Assembly (NCBI GenBank): GCA_964199315.1
Contig: OZ116701.1
Location: 22,382,001 to 22,446,000 of the forward strand
Direction: 5' to 3'
Length of the DNA: 64,000 nt
Source of the DNA: Orbicella franksi
Lineage: Eukaryota
The notes under the pieces are model-generated. The model was not told where the DNA came from and did no database searches. It saw nothing but the letters and a program-made list of their open reading frames with translations. Position 1 is the first letter of the stretch. Every line of letters starts with the position of its first letter. Positions 62,201 through 64,000 of this stretch are shown here, one piece after another. The translations under genes and the position numbers were made by a program.

Positions 62201-62709
62201 TCCCCTAAGGATGCTAATCGACAATTGGATGATTACCTAACCAAGAAGGGAGCGGCGCAGACCTGCTCATTTGACTGATTATGTCATGTGGACTTTAAAT
62301 GAAAACAGTTAGCTTTGAGTGGAATCTTGGCATATACGAGTCATTTAAGAGACATTCGTAGTCGATCAATTTGACTATGATTTTCATTAAGTAATATTTT
62401 CATTGCTATCGTACTAACATACTAATTTAGTGTGTTAAGTTTAGGGAACTTTGGCCCTGGGGCATCGAACTATTATTGTTTTATTAACTTAGGGCTTGCA
62501 TGTAAGCATCCGTAAAAAAGGGAGATGTCATATCGTGAGTGTCTTACATGAATATGTTACTCTTGTAAGTCTGGTGTTTCTTACATGACGTCGTTTAGCA
62601 CCTGATAACTACGGGAACTTTACATATGTGTATGTGGCATTATTTTCTCAGAATGTTTTAAGCAGCTCGTGGTTGTGAAGTGTTCTGTTGTATATTGACG
62701 GTCTCAACA
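59219..62709 (+). mobile_element. Internally deleted Gypsy LTR element with both LTRs
   Basis: 5' LTR 59219-59400 and 3' LTR 62526-62709 (TGTCATATC...TCAACA). PBS-like TGGCAACGAGG at 59402; PPT AAAAAAGGGAGA before the 3' LTR; flanks TATAC / GATAC (5-bp TSD, one mismatch). Integrase piece NGLPFNSKEF...VTPQHPRANGQVE (~59450-59710). Confidence 0.88.
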
Positions 62710-63359
62710 GATACATTAACCGGCAGTCACACAAGTGATTTAAAGGATAAATTTTCACAATGAAAAAGTCACTATTAGATAGTAACTGACCCTTTACTGA
62801 CACCCAACGAAAAATGCCAGCATCCTCTATAGAATCAAATGAGGGATCCACTGTAATTGGCTAGGCTGTAATGGTCTCCCTGCCTAATAAAAATGTTATG
62901 TAGATAACTATTTTAGTCAGGCAAAGTTGAATAAATAAATAAATAAATAATATCTGATTTGGGAACATAGGCTTATTACCCAGGCAGTGATGCCTGGGTT
63001 TAAACTTCAGCTCTCTTTTTTTTTCCTCATTCAGTCACCAATCGCCATCTGGTCTCTAAAGCGCATGCGTCACCTGTGCATGAGTACAGCACATGGAATT
63101 TTCAGAAGTTGTTGTCATGAAAAGTTAGCATGGATTCCATGATTTCTAGGGTGATGAAATCCCATACAAAGGAACACACCGGTCGTGGTAGACCAACACC
63201 AAAGGACGTTGAGCATTTTTGGAATTGGTCGGTCTGCAAGCCTTATGAGAGATCAATTTACAAGCAAACATTTTGAGTGAATTTATCAAGAATCATGTTA
63301 TACCAAACCAGCTATCAACTGGGGCTATCAACTCTTCAACTTGATAAAAATCATCTTCA

Positions 63360-64000
63360 GAAGCATCATCATGTTTTTAGATGTGATCGTGAACCAAGAA
63401 GAATCCCAGCATGAACTCAAGAATGTCTGAGCAACAAGAGCAAGAGTACATTGCAAGGGAAAAATACCAAAATCAACCACATCACTGATGTTCTATGAGC
63501 CAACAACTATCCCTCCTGTGTTATTTCCAACATCTTAATTGGAAATTTTCCAAACCACCCACACACGCCATCCCCACACCTGAAGAATTGGTTTGCATGT
63601 TTTTTAAATGGACTGCACCTTAAGAGAAACCTAACAGTTTTGCAGAACATTCAAGTTGTAAATAAGCCTTTCAAGACTTTACAATAAGAATTTCCTTCTC
63701 CCAAATTCAGATGATCTATTGAACATCAACCAAACGTGATTTATAAAATACCCTGTGCTGATTGTTATTGGTGTTATTTAGGCAAAACCGGCTGGTGTTT
63801 TGAAACTCGCAAGAAAGAACATATCAGGAATGTCAAAACGTGTGTTAATGGATCAAACATTGCGAAACATGCGTGGTCATTCAACCATTGCATAGATTTT
63901 GATAATGCTAATGACATTGACAAAAGCTCTTTTTGCATTGGAAAAACTTTGGACGTGTGGCACACCTCTGCTACCAAGCATGCTTTTAATAATTCTAAGT
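63360..64000 (+). mobile_element. Penelope-like element remnant (RT C-terminus and GIY-YIG endonuclease)
   Basis: HITDVL.ANNYPS; VIYKIPCADCYWCYLGKTGWCFETRKKEHIRNVK...SNIAKHAWSFNHCIDFDNA. Confidence 0.88.

Noticed and set aside
1-64000. tRNA, rRNA or prokaryotic operon features
   Set aside because: No cloverleaf or rRNA signatures were seen; PBS-like motifs are only short tRNA complements. Spliceosomal introns and metazoan elements argue against a prokaryotic origin.

Overview
This is AT-rich eukaryotic (animal) genomic DNA. From the element repertoire it is probably a cnidarian or stony coral (inference only). I found no intact host gene, rRNA, tRNA or CRISPR array: the window is a nested graveyard of transposable elements. 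In order, it holds: a decayed Ty3/Gypsy element whose integrase is split by a 1.9-kb tyrosine-recombinase (DIRS/PAT-like) retroelement; a near-complete Ngaro-type element with split direct repeats; LINE, Harbinger and MITE debris; a 165-bp tandem array ahead of a spliced CxC5/KDZ-associated pseudogene; a second Ngaro fragment fused to a Helentron helicase-endonuclease; a convergent pair of spliced pseudogenes (HIRAN-domain protein and Myb + P-like DDE transposase); a TIR/TSD-bounded 7.76-kb unit carrying a PIF1 helicase and an RPA-like gene; a deleted LTR element; and a Penelope-like remnant. The most unusual structure is the 3041-4939 YR retroelement. Its B1-A2 circle-junction repeat lies inside gag, in what looks like a phase-0 intron, instead of downstream of the ORFs. 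All family assignments come from motif recognition by eye, with no database searches, and identities are visual estimates.
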